Source of the DNA: Vitrella brassicaformis CCMP3155 | Lineage: Eukaryota > Protista > Chromerida | Length of the DNA stretch: 64,000 nucleotides | Direction of reading: 5' to 3' | Assembly (NCBI GenBank): GCA_001179505.1 | Contig: CDMY01000227.1 | Location: 496,001-560,000 of the forward strand | In this document: positions 51,334 to 64,000 of the stretch, piece after piece | Numbering within the stretch: position 1 is the stretch's first letter | Layout: the number at the start of each line of letters is the position of its first letter | Notes under the pieces: generated by a model | What the model was told of the DNA's origin: nothing | Database searches by the model: none | What the model saw: the letters and a program-made list of their open reading frames with translations, nothing else | Made by a program: the position numbers and the translations under genes

Positions 51334-51761
51334 CTACTTACGACAGAAGAGGGTCAAAAACACACAGGCACACACCAGGACGGCCATACCAATAAACACT
51401 CCCCCTATTATCAAGAACGTCACCCCGCTTCCGGCCCTTCCGTTGGCTTCGTCGGCAGGGTCGAAGATCTTGAAGCACTCCGGACTGTTGCCGCATTGGT
51501 ACACCGAGCTGACCTCCCTCCTTGCCCTCCAACAGTCCACTGTTTCTCCTTTGTTGTACGTCGGGCTCACACAAACACAAATACCCCGCTGAGCATGGGG
51601 CGGACCGCCAGCGGGCCGGGCTCTTCGCAATAAGTCCTCTTGCGCTTCCTGCAGTCTGACTTCCTGACTTGACGCTGCTCGACACTAACGACGCCAGATG
51701 ACAGCGAAGCTGGCAGTGATTGCAGAGGAAGGCAGATCGAAGGAGTTCTTGGTTGCGGCAT
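51334..51761 (-). other. Unresolved coding-like fragment encoding a Cys-rich segment plus a C-terminal TM helix (partial gene or pseudogene)
   Basis: One frame gives ..CVCVSPTYNKGETVDCW..YQCGNSPECFKIFDP..GVTFLIIGGVFIGMAVLVCACVFLTLFCRK*. It has no in-frame ATG, and I found no convincing splice to the ATG at 51761. Confidence 0.3.
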
Positions 51762-51955
51762 GCGTTTTTTGAGCTAGAGCAATAATTGCGCGTGAAACGT
51801 GTCCAAACTGCTCTCAGCTCGCACATCCATCCCATCCCCCTCGCTCCCATCCTCTCCCTTTGTAACGCCCTTGTAGCCTCCCTCTTTGTGATCTCGCTCC
51901 CCCCACCACTCTCGCTCGCCTTGCGCAGGAAGCTGCCCCTCCCGGCCTGACTTGT

Positions 51956-52805
51956 ATGAGGTGTTCAGCCGATAGGAAGATGGGTGCCAGGTACAAGGAC
52001 CAGTTCCTCAAGACACAGGTACCCACCCCAGCACCCGGCCAGATGCCGATCTATCCATTTCATGGGATATATGGCGGTCTCCTGCGTGCGCGTGTCCGTG
52101 TGTGTGTGTGTGTGTCAGCTGTGCCCCTGGTACAAGCAGGGGCGGTGCAACAGACCCCTCACATGCCGGTAAGGACTGCAGATGACCCTGGATGGAATCA
52201 TGGACGCGTCAGCATCATGACGGGTGTCGTTGCGTTCGTTGGGTTCCGTTGGTTTGGTCAGGTTTGCGCATGACGAGTCGGAGCTGCGGGCGCCTCCTGA
52301 CCTGTCGAGGACGGCCTTCTGCCCTAGACTCATGAAGGTCCGCTCAGATGCGCTGAGGGAGGGGAGACACCGGACAGATCAGTGCACATGGGTGCGGGCT
52401 GGTTGTGCGGATGGTTGAGAGACACGAGTTGATGATGTGGTGTGGTGTGGTGTGGTGTGTTGTGTGTTAGGTTGGTTGGTGTGACGAGCCCACGTGCCCC
52501 TACGCGCATAGCCAGAAGGAGCTGCGGGCGACCAAGTGAGCTGATTCCCTCCCTCCTTGCAGAGGGGAATGGAATGCACACACACCGTGCCGCTCACCGC
52601 TTCCCGCTTCGTGTGTGTGGTTGTGTTGTTTGTTTGTTGTTGCGTTCAGGCATTTCCTGAAGACGTCGATGTGTCAGATGTGGTTGAGTGGTAGCTGTCC
52701 CTCGGGCATCCGCTGCAGATTCGCTCACGGAGCTGAGGAACTCAGGAAAAAGTACGCTAGCTCCACCACACACCACCATACCCCACCCGCACACATCCCT
52801 CTCTG

Positions 52806-52836
<31 letters not shown>

Positions 52837-54328
52837 GTGCAGCAGTAGTCCGAGCAACGACGTGTCCCCGAAGCACCGCGAGGTGCCTTTGAAGGACCCG
52901 GAGGGTTCCAGCAACAACCTGCTGGCGATCCAGCAGAACCTGCAGTCGCTCAACGTTAACAGCCTGGCGAGCCTCATGAACCTCAACCTCTCCCTCAGCA
53001 ACTGCATCCCCCCGCCGCAGCACAATCCACACACCATGACCACCCAGCAGCAGGCACAGGCCGCCCTCATGACCAACCAGCTCTACCAGCAGCAGCTACA
53101 GCAGTACGCCAAGCTCATGCTGCAGAACGCCGCCGTCGCCAACAACACCCTCAGCCAGCTGCAGGCTGGCACCTACACCAATCCCAACACCAGCCAGGCC
53201 CAGGCACAGGCGGCCGCACTCACCGCAGCGGCAGCGGCATACCAGGCCAACCCAGGCCTGCTGCTCAACGGGCAGCCCAACGCCACTCCCAACCCGCCGG
53301 TCATCATCAACGGGCAGCCCAACGGGAATGCACCTCTGCTTCTGAGCGGCCAGACCACCATCCCCGGCCTGCAGAACTACGTGCCACAGTACCCCCTCCC
53401 CGGCCCCGAGCAGCTGGCAGCCGCCCTGTCGCAGCAGCAGGGCGCGCACCAAGGCACCAGCCCATCGGAGGCGGCCAAGGGCGGCCAGACGCCGCACAAG
53501 TCGCCCCTGGTGCCGTTCTTCGCCGGCGTGGGTGGGCAGCAGGTGCCTGAGGGTGCGGGGATGTTCCAGCTGCCGGACCTGACGCAGAGCTGGATGGGGG
53601 CCCACCAGGGGCAGACCATACTGCAGAACGCCCTCGAGGCCTCATTCAAGTCGCAGCACTCGACCTACGCCGCCACCAACGGCGTGGTCCCGCAGCAGGA
53701 GGGTACCCCCACGGCCAACGGCTACGTGCCCTCGTACCACACGGGCTACCCCGCACAGCATAGCGGGTACGGGATGCCCCCCCAGCACACCAGCTGGAGC
53801 GCACACCAGGGCTCTACCGTCACACCCATGTCGGGCGGCGGGTGGACCAACGGCACCACCACCGACCGGTCCTACTCGGACGGCACCAACAAGGGCGGCG
53901 AGGACGGGACGGACACCAACAACGGATCGCCGTCGCGCACCTCGACGGTGCAGTACCCCGCCCACCCCCCCAACGGGCCGGGAGGGGGCGTGCCGCACTC
54001 GGTGTCCGGGCACATCTCCACCTCCCCATCGTCCGAGGGCTCGCCCATCAACCGCGGTGGCCTGACGTTCAACAGCGTGTTGCTGCCCGAGATCTTCCCG
54101 GCCAACAAGAGCTTCCCCACCTTCCTGGGCGGTGTGGGCGGGCACGCCAAGAGCGGCAGCGACGACACCACGGTCGACGGTGCCACCCCCAACGGGACCC
54201 CGGTTGGGGAGGGCACGGAGGAGACCAGCGCCGAGACGCCCGAGCACGACGAGGACCACGAGCGGCACTTCAAGCACTTCGACGCCATCGGGCAGGAACT
54301 CGTTAAGGGCATCGACGCCCAGAACTAA
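51956..54328 (+). CDS. Tandem CCCH zinc-finger RNA-binding protein with a Gln/Asn/Gly-rich disordered C-terminus
   Basis: FLKTQ|LCPWYKQGRCNRPLTC|RFAHDESELR, RTAFCP..AHSQKELR and FLKTSMCQMWLSGSCPSGIRCRFAHGAEELRKK. A long final exon runs ~52845-54328. Confidence 0.9.
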
Positions 54329-54329
54329 C

Positions 54330-57300
54330 TAAGCTGACACACACAGACATGTAGATCGATAGCTAGGCGGGGGGATGGGGCTGGATGGGTTGAGGGAGGC
54401 AGCGACAGACATACAGACACATGAGTGCCTGGGTGGGTGGCTAGTGCAGGTGAGGGTGAGAAGGGACGGGGGCAGGTGGACGGACGGACGGACGGGCTAG
54501 GGATGGGCGGGAGGTGTCACACCAGATGCCGCCTCGCCCTGTTTTTGGTGAGTGACTTGTTGCCGGGGGTGGGTGGTGGATCCTTTGTCGCGTCCTGACT
54601 CGTGCCTGACTGCCTGCCTGCCTCTTTCTTGCTCGTCGTGTGTGTCTGTGAGTGTGTGTGTGTGTGTGTGTGTTGGCGTACTGGGTGGAGAGAGAGAGAG
54701 AGTGATGAGTGCTTTTGCCGACTGAGAGTGGCGTACGTACGTGTACAGCTTTAATCTGCAAGGCTGACTCGCGGGAGGGAGGGAGGGAGGGGTACACACA
54801 CATACTCGCGTAGACAGAGACCGGTCAGCTGCCCAGCCTTTGTTTTTTTCTCAGCCGTTGGGGGTTGGCTCGCTTGGCTTGCTGCTGGGCGGACGGCATA
54901 GCAGCGGAGAGAGAGAGGGGGGATATACAGGTACGCGTGTGTGTGTGTTGTGTGTGTATATGTGTGTGTGGTGTGATATTTCAAGGGCCGGTGTGTGTGT
55001 GTATGGTATGGTCATATGGTATGGTATGCTTATGCTATGGTACGGCTTTCTATCTATCGCTGCCTGCAGAGAGAGAGAGTGTTTCATGGGATGGATGGAT
55101 GGGTGGATCAATGATGACATTGACTAGAGGAAGGGAGGGAGGGAGGGAGGGAGGGGGGCGCGGTGGCCCGTCCTTTGTGTCATGGTGCTTCCTTTCACTC
55201 ACTACATTGATGTGGATGGATGTGCGTCGACTTTTCTCTGTGCAGTGGCTGCCAGGTGATTTATCGTAGTTTGTTTTTGTGTGTTCGTTGCGCTCGCGTG
55301 AGGCAGGGCAGGCAGGCAGACAGAAAGAGATCCACGCATGCAGCATGGATGGATGGATGGGTGGACCGACAGCAGACAGACAGGCAGGCACGATGGCAAG
55401 CTCAACTCAGCTACTCTCTCCCTGTCCAATTGATTGTCCCGTGCAATGTCCTCTCGTCGTTGTACCTTTCTTTTCTTCATCTGATCGCTCAATGGCGATC
55501 ATTCTATCGATCGCGTCCTATCGATCGCCACCCTCGCTCGGGTGCAAACACGTCGGGCATTCATATCTACGCTGCATTGGATGGATGGATGGATGGATGG
55601 GGCTACGCCGCCGCCTTTGCTTTGCTTTGATACCATCGCACTAGAATGCCGAGGGAGCAGAGAGAGGTGAGGGAGGGGGCGGGTTGCCTGTGTGCCGGGC
55701 TCGCTCGCGTGTGCGCAGGGGTCTGTCCGTCTGTTCCTCTGTCTTTCTTTCTTTATTCGTGAGATCCTGTGTGGCGGAAGAGGTGTTTTCCGTTTGGGTG
55801 GCTAGCAGCTGGCAAGTTGGCGGGAGAGCGGTGAAGGGAGGGAGGGAGGGAATCTGAGCGATTTTTCGATCCGCGGCAGACGGGCACCTGCTTGGCTGTC
55901 TGTCTGTCTGTCTGGCTTCTCGTTTGCCTGCCTGCTGTGGGAGTGGGCCTCGATGTCTCATCTGCTCCTTCTTTCTCCGCCTCGACCTTTCCCTGTCGTA
56001 GCTCGCTAGCTGTGTCGATATCCCCAACTCAAGCAACTGCCGGCCGTGGTCGGCGCTCGGCTGGGTCGCCCCTCTTCTTTCTCTTCTGTCCCGTCATGAC
56101 TAGCGAAGGGGTGGATGCATAGCGGGCGAACGGTGCGGTTGACGCTGTTGGCCCGGGTTTAATGCAGGATACGCCCATACCCATGGCATGACACACACAC
56201 ACACTCCCTCGCAACACACGCTGTGAAAAGGGTGGGGGGAGGGGAGACGCAGTGGCCATTGACTGCATCCCACGGCACGTACCCATCCACTGACTGCATG
56301 CTTTGATGACCTGCCTGATGCCCTGCCACGCGTCTGTCTGTCGTTGCCATGCCAGTGAGTTTTCTCCGGTAGCCTTCCTTCCTGCGTCGCGTGACGTCTC
56401 GTTTCTTTCAAAGAAACAAACAGTCTTGGGAGTCCATCCATTCAATGCGCTCATTGACACACACGCCTCCCTCCATTGCATGAATGAGCCTGTGTGTGCG
56501 GCCTGTGTGCTGGCAGCTGCGGTGCCGTGTGTGGTGTTGTTGAGATGAGAGGGAGAGGGCTGAGGGCGGGGAGGGGCACACACGAGGTCGGAGGCTGGCT
56601 GGCTGGCTGGCTGCTTTTTGCGTCAATCGTCACTGTTGTTGGTAGGTATCTATCGCCCTCTTCTCGGCATTCCCGAATGAATGCAGATTGCTTTGATTGA
56701 GGGAAGGGGCGGCATGGCATCCATCGGTGGGTGGGAGGGAGGGACATGCAATGGGTCTGTCTCTGCATGCGTGTGTGGCGGCTCTTTTCTTTATCGTGTG
56801 TGAGTGAGTTGGTTGATGTGATGTGATGCGTCCATGTACATCTTTCACTTGGTTGCCTTTATCTTTGTCTCAGTCAGTCGTCAGTGAATAAGTGTCACCT
56901 ACCCCGCCCTTTTTGCCTTACTTGCCAACACAACCACAGCTGGCCATTTCGGTAGGTAGAAGGAGTAAGTGGCCCGGCCCTCGCGGTGTCTGTCTGTCGT
57001 ATGTGTGTGCTGTTGTTGCTGTTGCTGCTGTGGCTGGTGGTGGTGGTGGTGGGTCAGTGGACAAACCAAACCCCTCACACAAAGATTGACTCGTCATTTT
57101 GTCTGTGACGGGCCGATTTTTGGTCGGTGGATGGGTGGGTGGATGGTGGGTGGGAGGGACCTGCCACTTTGGCTGCCTGTCGGGCTGTCTATAGCACTTG
57201 CTTAGACCCGTTCGCTGGATGGCTGGATGGCTTGTTGGTTGCGGCGTTTTTGCGTTGGTGTGCTCTGCTTTTTATGTAGCAAGTCAGTCGGACGAACGGA

Positions 57301-60300
57301 CGGCGGATGGGCGGATGGATGGGTGGCCGGAGGGGTGGATAGGTAAAGGGAGCTGGCTGTGCAGCGAGGGTGCGGGTGTGGCTGGGATGGGATGGCCCCT
57401 GCCTGGTTGTCCTTTTTGGTTGATGGGATGGGATGGGTGCATTGACTGGTTCGTGAGAACACACAATGGATGGATGGATGGATGGACTTACTCAACCAAC
57501 CAACCACTCACTATACATACCACATACACACACTGGGTGAGTTGAGGTGATTGCCTGACACGAACGCGCAACACAATACACACAGACACACTCACTTCCC
57601 ACATGCCATCCATATGTCTGTCTAGTACATGCCATCTGGCCAGCAGTCGACGGCCGGGCCGGAGGGAGGGACGGAGGCAGCGCCGCCACGCGCAGACGGA
57701 TGTGGCGGTATTTTTCGCGTCGCTTGTCAGTCACACATGACCCGCTCCACACACCACACCACACACCTCAGCCCGCCCCGCCTCGCCGCGCCAGCGTGTG
57801 TGTTGTTTTTTGGTTCGGTCGGGTGATTGGTTAGTCAGACTGCCTCAGCCTGGCAGGAGGACGCTTGACGTGTTGCTGGCCTGGCCTGTTGTGTGGTGTG
57901 GTGTGGTGTATGTGTGGGCCGTGTGTGCTGCCAAAGGCAGCCCTGACATGCATACCTGCGGGATTACATCATGTGCAGACCGCCGCTCATTCACTACTGA
58001 CTGACTCCCTCGACTTCATTCACTGAGACGCACACACGACACGACACGACAATCCAGCTAGCTAGCTTCTCGCGTGTGGCTTTCCTTTTCGCCGACTCGT
58101 CCTGGAAGAATTCGACGGGGTGTGTGTACGGATGCGGCCACCTCCACGCACGGAGGTGACTGTGACCGTACACGCAGCTGGCTCAGTTTTTCCAGGGAGG
58201 GGAATGGCGATTGCTGGGGGCACTCATCGATGTCTCTGTCTGTCTGTCCGTTGGGTGGCGTGTCCTGGCGTGTGTGCCGATCTCACCCCACCCGCTCCTC
58301 TGCGTGATCCGGCGGGACAAGGGTTCTTCATTTTTGGAGCGGTCTGTCAACACAACACAACACAACACATGCCTGGCTAACTGGTTAATCGTGCCCACCT
58401 ACCTATGCCGGGCGGGAGGGCGGATTTCTCAGTGCGTGTGATGAGAGCCCGAGCCCCCTGACTGGCCTGGCCTGGCCTGGCTGAGAGCTGTAGATGATCC
58501 TGCCACCTGCGCGTACGGACGCGAGGGCTATGTTATAGAGACAGACATTCATGTGTGTTTTCATCTGTGCCATGCATGCCAGCAGGTGGGTCGGGGGAGG
58601 GAGGGAGGGAGGGAGGGAGGGTTTGTGCGGTCGGCTGGTCGGTCGGTCCCAGCTGTGAAGGAAAGGCTTTAGCTGCACGCACGTACGTATTGTTTTGCTC
58701 TTTCTCTGTACGTATCCATCCATCCGATGGATCCATTGATTGGAAAGCTAAAAGCTCTTTCAACCGAGTGCAGTGCGCGAGTGAGTGAGTGCCGTGACGA
58801 CGTAGCCTGTCGTGTCGTGTCGTGAGTCGTGTCGTTTCGTCAGGGGTGAAAGCGAGAGTGTCAATCAAAATCCCCTGTCGGATTTTTCGTACCTAATGCT
58901 CCGTCCGATCCCGATGTCATTCACGTCAAGAATGTGCGAAATGTGTGTCTGTGTGTGTGGTTGCTTTATCTATATTCATGTGTGTGTCTGAGTGAGTGTG
59001 AGAGTGGCTGCAGCTAGCTGTGTCCGTCAACTCAACTTTCTTCTGTACCGTAGAATGATATGTATCAATCGCTCTGTGCCGACCGTGCCTCTGTCTCTCT
59101 CTCCCATGCTGTGCGGTGGTTTTGCTGGTTTGTCCATGCTCCTGGCAGCCACATCCTGCCTGTCTGTCTACAGCAGGCAGGAGGAAACCACTCACCCACA
59201 CAGGGCCCACATGGGAGGGGAAGGCAGGGCAAGGAGACGGCTGTGAGCTTCAACACGTGTGTGGGCGTGTGTGCATGCTATATATCCCGCGCGTGTGTTC
59301 GGTAGGAGCGAGAGCGGGCTTTTCAAAGCCATTAGGCCAGCGGGACAGACAGGGGGGCCGGGCCGCCTTTGAACGGCCCGCCTGCGACCCGCCCGCCCGC
59401 CCGCTCAAGTGCGACTTTTTCCGTCAAACCACCGCTCGACAGCGATTGATGTGATGTGATGTGACGTGATGTGTTTGTGCATCTATATATCCTATCCACG
59501 TGTCTCTGGCTGGCATTCATTGATGCGATGTGAATGTGCATGGCGCGGCGCGGCGCGATCGTGTGTGTGTTTTTCCCTGTGCTTTTTGATGTTTGTTGCC
59601 GTTCGTTCGTTGTCTGACAATGAGAGAGCTGCTGCGCAGCTCAGCTGGCTCTCAGAGAGTGTGTGTGTGTGTGGCCGCATTGACCGTCATCACCACCTTT
59701 CACCATTCATTGTCATTGTCCGACCCTCCCTCCGTTTTTGTCACTTGTCTGTCATGCATTCCATATGTGCCGTGTGTGTGTGTGTGTGCGCGCTGGGCTT
59801 GGCGCGTGCACCAGACAGAGAAACAAAGAGACAGACATCCTCGATGCTTTTTATGTTGTTGTCTTGTGGTGTGGTGTTGTTGGGGTGGGTGCCTTCCTTG
59901 CCTGGTGTGCCTAGCCAGCCGACACTTACACGCAACGCAACGCATGTGTCCATCTCCGCCCGGCCCGTCCGCGTGTTCCTCGTTGGTGTGTATGTGGTTG
60001 TTGATGTGTTGTGGTGTGACCATCCGTGTGTGGTGTCTTGTATGTGTGTGTTGATGTGTGAGTGCGTGCGCGGTCACATGAGTGGGGCAGTGAGTGGCTG
60101 GCTGGCTGGCTGGCCTCATCGACCATCCATCCATCCATCCACTGGCTCTGTCTCTGTCTCGCTTTGTCGGTCGTTTAATGCTCTACACCCGTCATGTGGT
60201 ACGCCGTGGTGCGTTGTGCTGTCTGCCTGTGTGTGTCGTGTGGTGTGGTGTGACCATCCGTGTGTGTGTGTGCCTCTGCCTGTCTGCCTGTGTGTGTGGT

Positions 60301-60850
60301 GTTGTGTGATGTCGACAGACATACACCTCCGTGTCTGCGTGTGCCGGCTCAAACCATGGACAATCCTTTCAGAGGTCACGCACAAACCACACACTCACAC
60401 GCCACGCCAGGCACACAGACAGACAGACGTAGAGATACCAGCCAGTCTGCCATCAGTCGGATAAACGACACACATATTTACAAGGCAGAGAAAGGGGGAA
60501 AGGATGGATAAGCGCGAGCCCGTCCTGCGTACGTCGGTCTGTATGCAAGCCCCCGAGGCATGCAATGTAATGCAGGCCAGGCTGCCCGCAACCAAGGAGG
60601 CGAAGCGCCCTGCCTGGCCTGTCCTGTCCAGCCTAGCTAGCTACACCTACGCACTGTCCGTCGTTCATGAAGCCATCCACTGCAGCAGCTACCATGCGGC
60701 CCGGCCCACTCACGCGCCAATAACGCACCACGGCCCGCCAGCTGCACAATCACACACACACACACATCTCACACACATGGGCTGTTCTCATGGGGTCCAC
60801 TGTGAGTGTACCAGGGGGTGTGTGGGCGGTGGGCATGTAGTTTGTCTATG
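54330..60850. repeat. ~6.5-kb non-coding tract rich in microsatellites ((GT)n, (GGAT)n, (GGGA)n, (GCAG)n, (GTCT)n, (GTGTG)n)
   Basis: Only spurious low-complexity ORFs occur here, among dense short tandem repeats. Confidence 0.8.
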
Positions 60851-60851
60851 T

Positions 60852-62097
<1,246 letters not shown>

Positions 62098-62179
62098 GGT
62101 CGGATGCAGCTACACTCACGTGTGTCGGTGGTGCTCACACAGGCTCTCTACAGCGAAAGAAGGAAAAAGAGGCGATCTT

Positions 62180-62189
62180 GCAAGCTCAG
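62180..62189 (+). promoter_or_regulatory. Candidate upstream element GCAAGCTCAG (sense to SRP9)
   Basis: Two-mismatch variant in the 213-bp centrin/SRP9 divergent intergenic region. Confidence 0.35.
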
Positions 62190-62310
62190 CGAATACAACA
62201 GCTCAGCCGACAAAGGGAGAAGGAGCAAATGAACGCGGCTCAGCTGCTCGTGTTGACGGCAGCTAGCAGCTGACGGCGAGATCTGGCAAGATCTGCCAGG
62301 CGCCTGCAGG

Positions 62311-62967
62311 ATGGTGTATCTTGAGGACTTCGATGAGTTCCAGAGCGCAGCGCAGGAGCTCTTCGCCAAGAACTCGGGACACAGACAGGTGAACGAACGC
62401 ACTCACAGCGTCTGCCGCCAGACACAACTCTGTGCTGCCTGGCCTGGCTTGGCTTGGCTTGTTCAGGTACGTTATCAGGTCAAGTATCGCCACTGCGACG
62501 GCAAGGTGGTCCTCAAGGTCACTGACGACCGAGTGGTCAGCCAGTGCCTGCCACGCACCAACCAAGGCAGTCAGCCAGCCAGCGGTCTCTCTGTGTGCGT
62601 GGGGGTGACTGTGACTGTGACTGTGTGTGTTCCCCCAGTGTTTGAAGTACAAGACGGACCAGCTGACTGACATGCGGCGGATAGAGCGCCTCACTGTCCT
62701 CTTCATGCGATGGACCACGTTCAAGGACGTACAGAAGGCCGACCAACTACCCACAGAGCTTGAAGGTACACAAACACACAAACACACACACAGAGGGACG
62801 GACGGACGGACTGACACAACACAAGGACCACCAGGAGAGCCGCAGTCTGCCCAAATGTGTCTGTCCTGTGATTGTCATGTTGTCTGTCTGTGTCGCTTGC
62901 AGAGTCAGGCGAGGCAGCGGCAGCCGCTGGCGGGAGGGCACAGAAGAAGAAGAAGCGGCGAGGCTGA
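62311..62967 (+). CDS. SRP9: Signal recognition particle 9 kDa protein
   Basis: MVYLEDFDEFQSAAQELFAKNSGHR..|VRYQVKYRHCDGKVVLKVTDDRV|CLKYKTDQLTDMRRIERLTVLFMRW..; four exons. Confidence 0.92.
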
Positions 62968-63545
62968 CCTGACATGACCAGCCTGCAGCCAGGCTGGTGC
63001 CTGCCTGCCTGCCTGCCTCGACGTCGTTGCTTGGTTGGCTGATTGAGTTGTGTCCTTATCGACTGACTGGCTGAGCGTGCCGCCCAAAGCTGCACGTATG
63101 CCTCGCTTGCTTTTATGTAGAGTGCGGGCGCGAGGCGGGATGAATGGATATGGGTGGACACTGCCTGCCTGTGTGCATACAAACATGCAATTAGTTTCCT
63201 GCGTGTCAGCCAACGTTTTCTTCATAGGCTTAAGTTAACCGCACATAAATTGAGCATTGGTCCATCATATCCGTCCATCCATCCATCCACTCACTCAACC
63301 ATCGGCACCTCACCTAGCACGCCTCCCCTCCCGCCGCACCGCAGCGATTGACAGACAGATAAGTGCCTTTCCTCGGCCTGGCTGACAAATCAATCCCTCG
63401 CACATCGAAACCAGAGAGGGACCATCATGATCTCCTCTGAGATGGGCCGACGGCCTCCCTGCACCTAGCGTACCTGAAGGAGGGAGCATCAAACAGCACG
63501 AAAGAAACAGTAAGCATCACATCGCCCGCTGTCTGCCCATGCTAT

Positions 63546-63905
63546 CTATGTTCTCTTCTCTCCCTGGATGGACGAGCTGAGCTCACCATACCATGCTTTG
63601 AACTCCGCATTGCTGTCCTGCAGGACCTTCAGGGTGGTCATGTCACGCATGGCGCTCAGCTGCCCGTAGATGATCAGGTCGGCCATGTTGGGACTCTCAC
63701 CCCCCCTGCGTTGATTGATTGCGTCACCGCCATCCATCCAGCCATCCATCCGGCAATGTTCGTTTGTGTCGTGCGAGTGAGTGTACGGTACGCACCTGAA
63801 TTTGCCGCCCTTGTCGCTGACGCGCTTCATCCAGTCAGCGATGGCGTCGAGCAGCTCCTGCCTCTCGTCGGTGATGTTGTACTTCTTCTTGAGCTTGGGC
63901 GACAC
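63546..63905 (-). CDS. 3' end of a microsomal prostaglandin E synthase 2-like GST C-terminal domain protein (5' part outside the window)
   Basis: KLKKKYNITDERQELLDAIADWMKRV..GGKF|..GGESPNMADLIIYGQLSAM..FKAWY.. resembles the PTGES2 C-terminal GST domain. Confidence 0.8.
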   Translation of the reverse strand: MSPKLKKKYNITDERQELLDAIADWMKRVSDKGGKFRCVPYTHSHDTNEHCRMDGWMDGGDAINQRRGGESPNMADLIIYGQLSAMRDMTTLKVLQDSNAEFKAWYGELSSSIQGEKRT

Positions 63906-64000
63906 TGCAGTGCATCCATCCATCATTCACGCAGTCGCCAACAGACACAGACACAGACACACGATGCTGTGCGACCCTCCCTCCCTCCCTCCCTCCCTCT

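Noticed and set aside
58867-58886. Small inverted repeat aaaatcc-N6-ggatttt
   Set aside because: A 7-bp stem is expected by chance, and nothing supports an ncRNA or terminator here.

Overview
Eukaryotic, GC-rich, intron-dense nuclear DNA. Introns are short GT-AG types, and the introns and UTRs carry many di-, tetra- and pentanucleotide microsatellites. Gene style and bipartite plastid-type presequences suggest a chromerid alveolate such as Vitrella brassicaformis (inference). I reconstructed about 19 spliced genes by hand, so exon boundaries are approximate. In order: a 5'-truncated ~1,300-aa Pro/Ala/Lys-rich protein with 11 GG[LIM]FxG[LVM]FGG-type motifs, a secreted Cys-rich orphan, MsrB, a HAD-IIA hydrolase, SmD1, a cytochrome P450, a large double-FHA protein, a SCAPER homolog, an egghead/BRE-3-like glycosyltransferase, a membrane protein of uncertain family, a SMYD methyltransferase, a small putatively acylated protein, an ammonium transporter, NAXD, an unresolved TM fragment, a tandem CCCH zinc-finger protein, centrin, SRP9 and the 3' end of a PTGES2-like GST. 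Most genes form tight divergent pairs, and several carry a sense-oriented GC[AG]AGCT[TCG]AG motif upstream of the ATG. The best candidate for an undescribed system is the sticker-and-spacer repeat protein at 27-5011. I saw no rRNA, tRNA, CRISPR array or transposon.
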